Below are positions 22,580 through 34,281 of a stretch of DNA of 64,000 nucleotides, piece by piece. Both the position numbers and the translations under genes were made by a program. A model generated the notes under the pieces. The model ran no database searches. It saw only the letters and a program-made list of their open reading frames with translations, and had not been told where the DNA came from. The DNA lies in contig NC_073380.1 of the NCBI RefSeq assembly GCF_028641065.1, positions 91,388,001 through 91,452,000 on the forward strand, given 5' to 3'. This DNA comes from Leucoraja erinacea. Lineage: Eukaryota. Positions within the stretch are counted from its first letter, which is position 1. Each line of letters starts with the position of its first letter.

Positions 22580-24060
22580 GGCTGCACAGTGCCTCAGCGA
22601 TGAGATCTATTGCCTCACAGCTCCAGCTGCCATGATTGAACAATGACTGATGCTGTATGTGTGGAGTTTCAAAGTTTCCCCTGCGACCATGTGGCCAGGA
22701 CTATGCAGTAAATGCTAGAGATGTGGAAAGTGTTATAAAGAAACATGAGAAATCTAGAGTACTGGAGCTTGGTTGCCTAAAATCTGAGGAAGGACATTAT
22801 TGCCATAGAGGGAGTGCAGAGACGGTTCACCAGACTGATTCCTGGGATGTCAGGACTGTCTTATGAAGAAAGACTGGATAGACTTGGTTTATACTCTCTA
22901 AAATTTAGGAGATTGAGAGGGGATCTTATAGAAACTTACAAAATTCTTAAGGGGTTGGACAGGCTAGATGCAGGAAGATTGTTCCCGATGTTAGGGAAGT
23001 CCAGGACAAGGGGTCACAGCTTAAGGATAAGGGGGACATCCTTTAAAACCGAGATGAGAAGAACTTTTTTCACACAGAGAGTGGTGAATCTCTGGAACTC
23101 TCTGCCACAGAGGGTAGTTGAGGCCAGTTCATTGGCTATATTTAAGAGGGAGTTAGATGTGGCCCTTGTGGCTAAGGGGATCAGGGGGTATGGAGAGACG
23201 GCAGGTACGGGATACTGAGTTCGATGATCAGCCATGATCATATTGAATGGCGGTGCAGGCTCGAAGGGCCGAATGGCCTACTCCTGCACCTAATTTCTAT
23301 GTTTCTATGTAAAAGTGGCGAGTCAGTTAGATAGGGCAGTGAAGAAGGCATTTGGCAAGCTTCATTGGAAAGGGATTATATACTAAAATTTGGAGATCTT
23401 GATGAAACTGTACAAGTAATTGGTGGGACCACACTTGGAGTACAGTGTGCAGTTCTGGTCACGCAGCTATAGGAAGAATGTCAGTAAGCTGGACAAAGTA
23501 AAGAAATTCACCAGTATATTACCTAGACTTGCAGGCTTGAGGCAGGGAGAGGCTGGATAGGATAGGATATTTCTTTGGATCATAGGAGGCTGAGCTGACC
23601 TTTTTGAAATGTACAAAATCAGTAGGGGCATGGATAAATGGAACATCACAGTCTTTCTCCCAGGGTAAACATGAAACTAGAAGGCATTGGCTTAAGGAGA
23701 GAGGGAAGAGATTTAAGAAGGACCTCAGCGACAAATTATTCACTTGGTGGGTAGTCTGTATCAGGCATGAGCTCCCAGTGGAGTTGATACAAGTGGATAC
23801 AATTACAAATGTCATGACATTTGACAGGTATCTGATAGGAAATGGGCCAAACGTGGGAAAACATTTGCCCGGAAAGCTAATTTAGTCAGCACAAACAAGG
23901 TAGACCAAATGGTCTATTTCCATGCTGTAGAGCTCAATGACTCTTACTTATGATTCTTGTGGGTGCTCCAGTTTTTTCCCGCATACCAAAGATGGTCTTG
24001 TTGGTGGGGTAATTAGCCACTGTAAATTGTCCCTAATGTGGTACAGTTTTGGGTGAATTA
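22580..24060 (+). mobile_element. HE1/V-SINE split by an old CR1 (about 23310-23945) and a young CR1-A (about 22757-23310)
   Basis: SINE head 22580-22695, SINE body resuming at about 23958. ORF 22814-23218 is the CR1 C-terminus with a tttctatg tail. Confidence 0.8.
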
Positions 24061-24295
24061 ATGTGAATTTGAACCCAATAGGCTAAGGTGATTTGAAATG
24101 GGAAATATTCTGTGGTGTTCCTGTGATCTTTATGCAAAATCTCTTCCACGTCCAGAATGAAGCAGATAGCATTCTTAGTGAGACCGGTACCAAAGTTTTA
24201 TACAAGGTCAACATCGTGTATTTGCTTTATATTGTATCCTCCTTAGGATTAGCTTTTAATACCCTGCAGCTAGTGATTGATTACTCTGGTCATGC

Positions 24296-24464
24296 ACCTT
24301 AGCAATTCAATCTAATCTAGCAAATTTTAAATGGCAAGCGTTTTAAACATGGAAGTGAAGATAAATCTATACTCTAATCAGAAGCTTCAGATGACACCAT
24401 AAGAACAAGCAAGTGAGCGTTTGGTCATCTTGAGGATTCCTGCGATTAAATGTTGTAATAAACT
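24296..24464 (+). repeat. 169-bp dispersed direct duplication, copy 1 (partner 27591-27759)
   Basis: Gap-free alignment by eye with about 8 mismatches. Confidence 0.95.
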
Positions 24465-24834
24465 TCTTAAACTTGGAGGTGGCAGTTGTTGGAATCTTGT
24501 ACCTCGTGATGGTAGTAGTGAGATGAGAAGAGTGTGCTATAGATATTTGATAGTAGCAATCCCTTTAATGGTTGGTAGGTCAGAACTTATGATGGACTGG
24601 GCAATGACTACAACATTTTGCAGCTTCCTTTGTTCGTGGGCATTTGGGTTACCAAACTAGCTCATGATGCAACCAGTAAGTAAGCTCTTTATCATATGCC
24701 TGCGGAAATTTGATAGAGTATTCGGTGACATACTGAATCTCCTAATTTTTCTAAATTGTTTCTCTCTCCTCGACATTAATGAAGACTATGAAAGCAACGG
24801 TCCTGACAGTTATCTCCTCAGACCATACCATCAT

Positions 24835-25064
24835 TGGACTATGGTGCCATCCTCACCTTGGTGCCATTTATGTTATGTTGTGTCATGGACTTTCTGTGTT
24901 TGTGCTTTTTTTTAATTCAATTTCAATTTTATTTTTAATATGTTTTATTATTTATTTATTATTTATTTATTTTTTATGATTTTTTTTATGATACTGCCTG
25001 TAAGGGAAATTCATTTCATTGTCTCAAATTGAGACAATGACAATAAATTTGAATACAATACAAT
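24835..25064 (+). mobile_element. Non-autonomous LINE-tailed element, copy 2
   Basis: Matches 6217-6426 antisense; (caata)n tail; atcattgg duplicated at 24830-24837 and 25063-25070 (probable TSD). Confidence 0.8.
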
Positions 25065-25953
25065 CATTGGTCCAGAAGCAGTTTTCATTCAATAATCACA
25101 CACTTGGTCCACAGTTGAGGGCCTCTGCTAAAACTTTCTTTGAGGACCAATTCTTCACAGAGAGCATGTACTAATTTTCCATTAGGCTGCTCATGACTAT
25201 ATCAGGTTTCTGTTTTTTGACTTGTCATCCATAATGCAAATAACAATGACGTGAACATTCTTCTGGTCCAAGCACTAAACTCAATTCTTAAAACAAATCC
25301 CTAAAGGGCGTCCAGCTGGTTTAAGTCTCCGCAGAATTTAGTCACATCTTCAGGTCCAGATAGTGGAATTGGAGGCATTCCACCATCTGCCCTTCCTCCC
25401 GATCACCAAATTTCTGTGAAATCTCTGACAAAGACCAATGGCAGTGTATCAGATAGTAAAGAGTCACAGAACCATACCTTCAGATCCATCATTAGGTACA
25501 GATAGTTCTGCTATAACGTATGTTTCCACAACGCAAATTGGACATAACGTGATCGATGAATTGGGGAATGCTATTTGTAATATGTGGGCCTAATTGCTTG
25601 TAACACAATTACGATCAGGAACGAGAGAACCACTTAAAAGTTACTTTGAAAGTTGGCAAGCAGCTTCCTTGGAAAAGGAATGTTTCCATGTAGGTCCCCT
25701 TTTGTTATCAGACTCCATTGTCTCTTAAGAATGCAGCTGCTACTTTAACTATGTGGCCATTGAAATTGATAAGCAATCACTTCTGATGACAATTCTGCAA
25801 TGACACTCTATTAATCAGTATAATAATTAGAAGATTTAGCTTGCAGGAACAAAAATAAACTTAGTTATTTTAAAAAACCTTTCTTATTGTAAATCTGAAA
25901 CATTCTGGCTCCTAACCCCTTTTCCCCATGACAATGTGCTCTATTAATACTGA

Positions 25954-26485
25954 GAAACATAGAAAATAATTGCAGGAGTAAGATTTAGCTTGCACCGCCA
26001 TTCAATATGAATGCTGATCATCCAACTTATCCCGTACCTATTTTAAAAAAACCTTTCTGATTGTAAATCTGAAACATTCTGGCTCCTAACCCCTTTTCCC
26101 CATTGACACAACGTGCTCAGCTATTAATATCCCCCCTAACTGTACTGAGAAGGATACTCCGTCTGACAATATGTGCTCACTACCCTCCCCACCCCCCCAA
26201 AACATTTTTTTTTTAGTTAATCCAATTCATAAATTCTTCATATAAACCAAGTCTATCCAGTCTTTCTTCATGACAGTCCTGATTCCCAGGAATAGTCTGG
26301 TGAACCTCTCTGCACTCCCTCTATTTAATGTGACTCAGATTTGGCACCAAAGCTGTACGCAATACTCCAGTGTGCCTCACCAGACCCTTCAGAACTGCAG
26401 TAGAACCTCCCTGCTCCTATACTCAAATCCTTGACCATTCGCTTTCTTTACTTTAAGGTACTCCGTCCTGCGCTCACTACCCTGT
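25954..26485 (-). other. CR1-A sequence interleaved with duplicated flanking DNA (probable consensus artefact)
   Basis: Short CR1-A words alternate with copies of 25831-25955 and 26150-26185. Confidence 0.7.
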
Positions 26486-26554
26486 TTTAGCATTGATAGT
26501 TTCATGGTCACCATTTCTGATTATTCCAGATATACCAATGAGCCAATTTAATAT

Positions 26555-26912
26555 GACACAGTGGCACGGCTAGTCGAGCAGCTGCCTCACAGCTTCAGAC
26601 ACTGGGGTTCAGTCCTGACCTTGGGTACCTCCTGTGTGCAGTTTTCACATTCTTCCTGTTACCATGTGAATTCCCTCCGAGTACTGTGGTTTCCTCCGCC
26701 ATCTCAAAGGCATGTTGGATGGTAGGTTAATTGGCTTCTGTATATTGCCCTCAGTATGAAGGAAAGTGGTGGAATCCATGGAGAGTTGGAGAATGTTGGG
26801 AGTATTAACAATGAAATTAATGTAGGATTAGTGTAAATAGGTGGCTGATGGTTGATGTGGACTCGGTGAGGTGAAGGGCCTGTTTCTATGGAATATCTCT
26901 TTATAACTATGA
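26555..26912 (+). mobile_element. Full-length tRNA-derived HE1/V-SINE-like SINE with a CR1-type 3' tail
   Basis: A-box-like tggcacggctag, B-box-like ggttcagtcc, central ...ggtttcctcc..catctcaaag...ggttaattggc block, CR1 tail gaagggcctgtttct. Confidence 0.8.
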
Positions 26913-27590
26913 GTCATGAATCACCCAGTGCCAATATTTGAGGTCACATCTCTGGATGGTTTATCCAGATCACTTTGGATTGCCGCTTTAGGAAAGTAAT
27001 TCTTTACTGCACCCAACACACATCACCTTTAGTTTGAAGAATTTGAGCTTTGGAAGTGTGAGCATTCGCTCCTAGCATTTAGCGACCTCACAATTTTCCA
27101 TTCACCATCTCCTGGTGGATTTATCGTACATTTTGCTCCAGTCTCCTTATTTTTGGCAGATAGACTGGCTCCGGATTTGATGAAAATGCACGAACATAAT
27201 AGACGGTCGGTTACACTGCTTGTTTCCCCAGTTGCTCCTTCAGATAAGAATACTTGCCTACCTCGATGGTTTACCATGATACAAATCAAAAGTGCTTCAG
27301 GGCATTTTAGACTAAAAGGAGTTGCAGCACGAGGAAAACCAATATATAACGTCAAATAGCTGGCAGCATAATCATGTAATGCGGCTCAAGACAAGTGAAT
27401 AAAAATTAAAGTTGCATGTTGGCCATTTCAACATACCTTTGCAATACAAAGTGATTATGGCCAATTTCCAAAATAAAAGTCTACAGAATGATTTATACTG
27501 ACTTCTCCATTTTGCTTCATTGACGTCTGGAACACTTTTAGAGACATAGAAACCAAATGCAAAAACTGATGCTATTTTTATTAGTCAGAA

Positions 27591-27759
27591 ACCTCAGCAA
27601 TTGAATTTAATCTAACAATTTTTAAATGGCAAGCGTTTTAAACTTGGAAGTGAAGACAAATCTATACTCTAATCAGAAGCTTCAGATGACACCATAAGAA
27701 CAAGCAAGTGAGCGTTTGGTCATCTTGAGGATTCCTGCGATTAATTGTTGTAATAAACT
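27591..27759 (+). repeat. 169-bp dispersed direct duplication, copy 2
   Basis: Matches 24296-24464, offset 3295 bp. Confidence 0.95.
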
Positions 27760-27900
27760 GCATTACAGCCAATCACCATTGTAATACATGGCGTGCAATG
27801 AGGATGAGATGCAATTACATTGGATCATCAGCACAGAAACAGACTATTGTCTAACGAGTCCATGCGTGTATTTATGCCAGCCTCAAGCTAAGCTCAACTA

Positions 27901-27992
27901 AGTCTGAAGAAGGGTCTGGACCCAAAACGTCACCCATTCCTTCTCTCCAGAGTTGCTGCCTGTCCCGCTGAGTTACTCCAACTTTTTGTGTG
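27901..27992 (+). mobile_element. Penelope 3' end fragment starting at a hammerhead-like core
   Basis: CTGAAGA-AGGGTCTGGACCC-AAAA-CGTC; flanked by aagctaagct (27885-27894) and aagctaaact (27993-28002), a probable TSD. Confidence 0.8.
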
Positions 27993-28609
27993 AAGCTAAA
28001 CTTGCTGCTCATCTACAACTTTCAGTGGATAGTTTGTTTTTTCCCCCGTAATTTTGGTTGCTGGTGTTACATGTTGTTGATTTTCTGGTGCCGTCCTGCA
28101 TAATTTGTAGAATCACCATGTTTGACTTAAGAATAGTGCCCATTGGCCCACTTGGGAAGGCAGCCAGGGTTTTGGGTCAATGTATTTTCCCAGAGACACT
28201 ACATCTAGTGAAGTAATGCCTATAGATTAGTTTTCCAAAGTGGGAATTGAACTCAAAATCTGATTCAAAGAGTGCTACCAACTATTCATTATAGTGGAGT
28301 TCATCCTGACGGACCAAAATTAGATTATAACAGTGCAATACTTACATGGTAATTGGTCACCAAAAGAAATGTGCTGGTATCATAAGTTCATAAGTTATAG
28401 GAGCACAATTAGACCACTCAGTCATGGCTGAGCTAGCTTTCCCACTCAATCCCATTCTCCCCAAAACCCCTGACACTCGATGTGATTTAATGTGATTCCA
28501 GTCAAGACTCCAGGTCAGGCAATATCTGCGAGGAGAGAAGAAGGATTCATGTTTTTGATGATGTCCTTTGATGAAAGATTATAGGCCTGAAATATTTTCC
28601 CAATTTCCA

Positions 28610-29052
28610 GCGATGATTGGGTTAAGCTATGATCAATGTTTGACGGCCCTGGGTCTGGAGTTTAGAAGAGTGAGGGGGATCTCATTGAAACTTAACGAAT
28701 AACAAAAGGCCTGGAGAGAGTGGATGTGGAAAGGTTTTTTCCACTAATGGGGGAGTCTAGGGCCAGAGGGCACTGCCTCAGAATCAAAGGACGTACCTTT
28801 GGAAAGGAGAGGAGAAGGAATTTCTTTAGCCAGAGGGTGGTGAATCTGTGGAATTCATTGCCACAGCCAGCTGTGGAGGCCAAGTCTACTGGGTATTTTT
28901 AAAGCGGGGATTGACAGGTTCTTGATTAGTAAGGGTGTCAAAGGTTAAGCAGAGAAGGCAGGAGATGGAAATATAGATCAGCCATGATTAAATGGCGGAG
29001 TAGGCTCGCTGGGCTGAATGGCCTAATTCTGCTCCTATGACTTATTTACTTA
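28610..29052 (+). mobile_element. CR1 subfamily C 3' end, nested within Penelope-tail sequence (28510-28600 and 29056-29122)
   Basis: DVERFFPLMGESRARGH.LRIKGR.F.KE.RRNFFSQRVVNLWNSLP. Confidence 0.85.
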
Positions 29053-29275
29053 TGAATCACCTATCCATGTTCTGCATGGATGCTGACTGACCTGCTGAGT
29101 TACTCCAGCACTTTATGTCCTTTTATTCCCTGAATAAATTATTTGTACTAATCCACGCTATCTGGGTGGAGGTGGTTTCCCTTCTGATATCGGTATAAAA
29201 TAGAATGTAGAGCAATGTGCATTATTTATAAATGCTATTCCTCTAACTATGCCATTCCAGAATATTATTCTCTTA

Positions 29276-29501
29276 TGCCCCTGTCTCACTTAGGAAACCT
29301 GAACGGAAACCTCTGGAGACTTTGCACCCAACCCAAGGTTTCCGTGCGGTTCCCGGAGGTTGCAGGTGGTTGCCGGAGGTTGCAGGTAGTGGAAGCAGGT
29401 AGGGAGACTGACAAAAACCTCCGGGAACCGCATGGAAACCGTGGGTAGGACATAAATTCTCCAGAGGTTTCCGTTCAGGTTTCCTAAGTGGGACAGGGGC
29501 A
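29276..29501. mobile_element. Palindromic MITE, copy 2
   Basis: tgcccctgtc...gacaggggca TIRs, flanks tta / ttc; about 90% similar by eye to 5666-5891. Confidence 0.88.
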
Positions 29502-30989
29502 TTCGGATAAGCAATTATATGGGACTTGCAGGACTCTCTCCAACTCGTTTCTCCACGAGCTTTCTCTCATCTATCAGCTTCCCTTTTCTTTTTCTTTCTT
29601 CCTCATATACCCTGTACTTCTCCTAAAGGAGGCTGGATGGCCCTTGTCGAGAGCTGGCACAAACTCAATTGGCCAATGGCTTCCTTCCTATTGGATCTAT
29701 AATTCTATAAGCCAATTGTACAAGTGCCAGGTTCTAAGTGCTCTGAGGATAACTAGGTTACTTTCAAATTATATTGAATTTATGTTGAACTGTCTGTCAA
29801 GACTATAATGCAACATATACTGAGTAGTTACAATACATCTAATTATTACTTATTCCAAGGAAAACAGAAACATTGGCAATGCCAATTAATGTTCATACCA
29901 GCCCATTACTTTCAATTGCATTGTGTTGCAATTAGGCTGGTGAATTGGTACCTTATTTTTGGCAAATGAGATTAACAAAATGCCTTGCAAAATGGATCAG
30001 AAGCTATGTCAAGTATCTCTCATGGGTGAGATAGAAATGGGCTGCACTTCATCTGTTCTCAGTCTAATGCTTCAGAAGGACACTAGCCACCATTTTGCTT
30101 GTGTGATTGTGTAGTTGAAAGGACAAGAGCTTGCCCCTTACCTGCTGGTTGCTGTGAGGAACGTACAAAATAAGCAGAAGCATCAATACATCAAAATCCA
30201 GAAATCTGATAAAATAGTCATTTGAAGCATTAAAACAAAGATAACTGCAAAGTTAGATGGCATTGGACATGTCCTTGAGTGCAATCCGGGATTAGATTGA
30301 AGATCTCTGCAACCTCTTCAATGCAAAGGAGGCAAGTTTTAAATTGCCAGTTTCTTTTGCAAGACTCGCAATGTCATTAAACTTTGATTGAATTTCAGCC
30401 AGGTTTCTGATTCAGCATTTCCATTGCTCTTACAACCCACCACCTATGTCTGTTCACGTCAGACAACTTAGTCACACTGGTTGACAAGGAGACCCCCTTG
30501 TCCATCCTTCGTAAATATCTTCAACGTAAGCTTCATATATATAGTGCCTGATATCATCCAAAGACTATGGGATATTTTCACCTTCTATGCTACAAGCTTG
30601 ATTTATAGTTTGCCCAATGCCCTTTTCCGATTGGGATATTTCCGCTTTTTTATTATTTTTCTAGGATCCAAGGCCAGTGTGTATTGCTTATCCCTGCAAG
30701 TCCCTTACAATGTGGCGGTGAACCATACTCTTGAACTGGTGCAATCCTTCTGGTGAATGTCTAGAATCCTACTCACACAATACTTTACGTGCACCAGGAT
30801 TTAAACACGGTGATTATGAAGGAATGATGATACATCAGGGTTAGGCTTAGAGTATAGGTTTGAAGTCCTGAAATCAGGATGATGTCTGCTTACATAGTCT
30901 TTGCTACATCCAGTGTTATCTGCCAAGCCATATGGATTAAATAGAATTAGTGGAAGACTGGCTTCTGTGTAATGGTGATCTCAGGAGGA

Positions 30990-31535
30990 AGGAGAAATGG
31001 ATCATCCATTGGTTATTTCTGGCTGACTACACCAGTTTTGTTTTATTCGTTCATGTGATGGACCCCAAAATTGTTGAGAATGGATTATTATAACCACTTT
31101 CCATTGTTGGCTGGTTAATTCTCCACCACCATTCACTACAAGATGTGGCAGGACTGCAGAGCTTTGAAATATCCATGAGTTGTGGAAGTTCAGAACTCTA
31201 TTCCATGCTTGTATTGTACCTTCATTTGGCACTTTTTTAGGCATGCGTGGTGATGCTCCGTGGGTGTCCAATGCTCTTTTTATTGATTCAGGTTTATCCC
31301 CAGGCTGGTGTATGGTAGCATGAGGAATATGCTAGGCCATAAGTTTACATATTGTGGGTAGTGTATATTTTGCTACTGCTCGTGGTCCACAGCAGTTCAT
31401 GGATGTCCAATTTGTGTTTGCTTAGTTTATTATGATGGCGGGTGACCACGGTGAAGATGGGACTTTATCTCCATAAGGACTGTTGGAGGTTACTTCTACC
31501 AAACCCATCATAGAAAGAAGCATCTGTCCATAGGT
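30990..31535 (-). mobile_element. Ancient CR1/L2-group LINE ORF2 remnant (resumes at about 32352-32430)
   Basis: Antisense of decayed LCSPATSCSEWWWRINQ and GD.P..N...HHACLK blocks, with many stops. Confidence 0.5.
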
Positions 31536-31542
31536 CCATGTT

Positions 31543-32151
31543 CATTTATTGTCACATACACCAATTGGTGTAGTGAAATTCACTGGGCAGGTCAGTCATA
31601 CAATTAAAAAAAAGCAACAGACTCAGAAAACACATTTTAACATAAACCTCCATCACAGTGACTTTTACACATTCCTCACTGTGATGGAGGGCGAAAATAA
31701 AGTTCCAAGTCCTTCCCTTGTTGTTCTTCCTTGGTCGGGGACCTCGAGCCCCTCCGTTGACAGGACGGTCTTGACTCCCGTAGCCGGTGGCGTTCGGGGC
31801 CCTCCGTATCGAGGTGTTCAGCTCCCGCATCGGGGGGATGTCAGCTCCCACGCGCCGGGCAAACAAACGTCGCGTCGGGGCTGGACGACCCTTCTGCGGC
31901 ATTGGAGCTACCGACTAGCCTCTCCCGAGACTGTGAGCCCTTGATGGTAAGTCCGCAGGCCACGGTGCGAGCGATCCCAGTCAAGGGATTCGCACCGATG
32001 TTAAGTCTGCGCCCCGCGGTGGGGCTCACAACAGTCCGAGGCGGCTCCTAGCTCCAGCGATGGTAGGCCGCAGAGCCCGGAGAATGTGATCTGAAACTTG
32101 ATCACCTCTCCGGGAAGGTAAGAATCTGAAAAAAAGTATCCCCCCCCCCCC

Positions 32152-32234
<83 letters not shown>

Positions 32235-32340
32235 ATAACAAAACAAACAGAAGAACAGTAAAGCAAACTTTAAACAAACACTAACAAAATAACAAAAAGG
32301 ATGAAAAAAACGAGCAGACTGCCGGCAGGGCTGCCATCTC
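31543..32340 (-). mobile_element. Apparently full-length non-coding LINE derivative (AGATGGC 5' end, CpG-rich body, Rex-like tail)
   Basis: 5' end agatggcagccctgccggcag; 3' stem-loop tacacc-aatt-ggtgta then gacaataaa; internal ggtcgggg..c.cgagc.c.ccg shared with 6460-6487; contains a poly-C run. Confidence 0.6.
32140..32234. repeat. About 95-nt poly-C tract
   Basis: Direct reading, one A interruption. Confidence 0.95.
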
Positions 32341-32569
32341 CCTCCTCCTCCTCAGGTAGAATGGTGATGATGGGAACAAATATGTTCATTGCTTGTATTG
32401 GTTCACTCACTACTTGCCACAGATCCAATCCTGACCCTATACTTCAACTGTTCATTTCCCTCCACAGATGCTGCTTACATGTTGAGTTCCTCCATCAGAT
32501 GCTCCAAATTCCAGCATCCGCAGAATCTTGTGTTTTAGGTTCAGGCTCGTTTTGGGCTGCAAGATGATT

Positions 32570-32915
32570 GTTAGTTAGTTTAGTTTATTGTCACGTGCAC
32601 AGTGGTACAGTGAAAAGCTTTTGTTGTGTACTAAGCAGTCAGCTGAAAGACAATACATGATTACAATCGAACCATCCACAGTGCACAGATACATGTTAAA
32701 GGGAATAATGTGTTGTGCAAGTCCATTAAAGTCTGATTAAAGATAGTCCGAGGGCTTCCAATGAGGTAAATAATACCTCAAGACTGCTCTCTAATTGTTG
32801 ATGGGATGGTTCAGTTGCCTGATAACTGCTGGGGAAAAAATGTCCCTGAATCTGGAGGTATGTGTTTTCACACTTCTGTACCTCTTGCCTGATGGGAGAG
32901 GGGAGAAGAGGAAGA
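32570..32915 (-). mobile_element. Rex1/Babar 3' end
   Basis: LFSPLPSGKRYRSVKTHTSRFRDIFSPAVIRQLNHP; (aact)n-like tail. Related tails at 38372-38580 and 46200-46405. Confidence 0.85.
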
Positions 32916-33142
32916 GAGGAACCACTGGGCCTCTGCTGCGGTTCTGAGTCTCACATTGGAGGAGGGTGGTCAGTAGCTGGTATGCGTACATACCCAGGTT
33001 GCAGCTCACTGTCTCAGGACCCTGCGGTGGTAACTGTATTCTGAGCATCCTCCTAGATGCCAGCGCTGCCGACACACTGTTATTGCCAGAGGTATTTCCT
33101 TCAGGAGTGCACACAGCTCCTGGCAGTGGGTATGAGTCACCC

Positions 33143-33343
33143 ATGTAGGAAGGAACTACAGATGCTGGTTTAAACCGAAGATAGACACAAAAAGCTGGAG
33201 TAGCTCAGCGGAACAGGCTTCATCTCTTGCAATGGTTCAATTGTAAACTGAAGAAGGGTCTCGACTCAAAAAGTCACCCATTCCTTCTCTCCAGAGATGC
33301 TACCTGTCCCGCTGAGGTACTCCAGCTGTTTGTGTCTATCTTC
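33143..33343. mobile_element. Complete Penelope fold-back mini-insertion with a 14-bp TSD
   Basis: Minus-strand tail 33146-33227, then plus-strand hammerhead-like core and tail 33248-33346; GGTATGAGTCACCC at 33129-33142 and 33344-33357. Confidence 0.85.
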
Positions 33344-33559
33344 GGTATGAGTCACCCGATCTGTTAAGTGTCTGGAGTTTGGTCACCATCAGTCAGCGTG
33401 CTACTCATCGGAGGCACGGGGGTTGTAGCTACGAGAGTGGACCATCTTCACCCTGTCACGGTGGGTGTTGCGGAGGGAGGCTCCATGAGTGTGGGGTGAT
33501 TCCGACTGAGCTTACTCCCGCTCCGTTGGAATTTCTCATTGGAGCCAACCTCCGGGACC

Positions 33560-34281
33560 ATGGGTGTCATGGTACACCATGTCATTGAAGGTAGGCATGC
33601 AGGTGCAGCAGGCAGTAAAGAAAGCGAATGGTATGTTGGCTTTCATAGCAAAAGGATTTGAGTATAGGAGCAGGGTGGTTCTACTGCAATTGTACAGGGT
33701 CTTGGTGAGACCACACCTGGAGTATTGCGTACAGTTTTGGTCTCCAAATCTGAGGAAGGACATTATTGCCATAGAGGGAGTGCAGAGAAGGTTCACCAGA
33801 CTGATTCCTGGGATGTCAGGACTGTCTTATGAAGAAAGATTGGATAGACTTGGTTTATACTCTCTAGAATTTAGGAGATTGAGAGGGGATCTTATAGAAA
33901 CTTACAAAATTCTTAAGGGGTTGGACAGGCTAGATGCAGGAAGATTGTTCCCGATGTTGGGGAAGTCCAGGACAAGGGGTCACAGCTTAAGGATAAGGGG
34001 GAAATCCTTTAAAACCGAGATGGGAAGAACTTTTTTCACACAGAGAGTGGTGAATCTCTGGAACTCTCTGCCACAGAGAGTAGTTGAGGCCAGTTCATTG
34101 GCTATATTTAAGAGGGAGTTAGATGTGGCCCTTGTGGCTAAGGGGATCAGGGGGTATGGAGAGAAGGCAGGTACGGGATACTGAGTTGGATGATCAGCCA
34201 TGATCATATTGAATGGCGGTGCAGGCTCGAACGGCCGAATGGCCTACTCCTGCACCTAATTTCTATGTTTCTATGTTTCTA
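33560..34281 (+). mobile_element. Young CR1 subfamily A 3' portion (open 206-aa frame)
   Basis: CR1 ORF2 C-terminus; (tttctatg)n tail. Confidence 0.95.

Noticed and set aside
25498-25640. Tigger-like left end tacagatagttctgctataacg
   Set aside because: No convincing matching right TIR, so not called as a feature.
26555-26630. tRNA gene
   Set aside because: Pol III box-like motifs belong to a SINE head; no cloverleaf.
32001-32277. Poly-glycine ORFs
   Set aside because: Translation of the poly-C tract.
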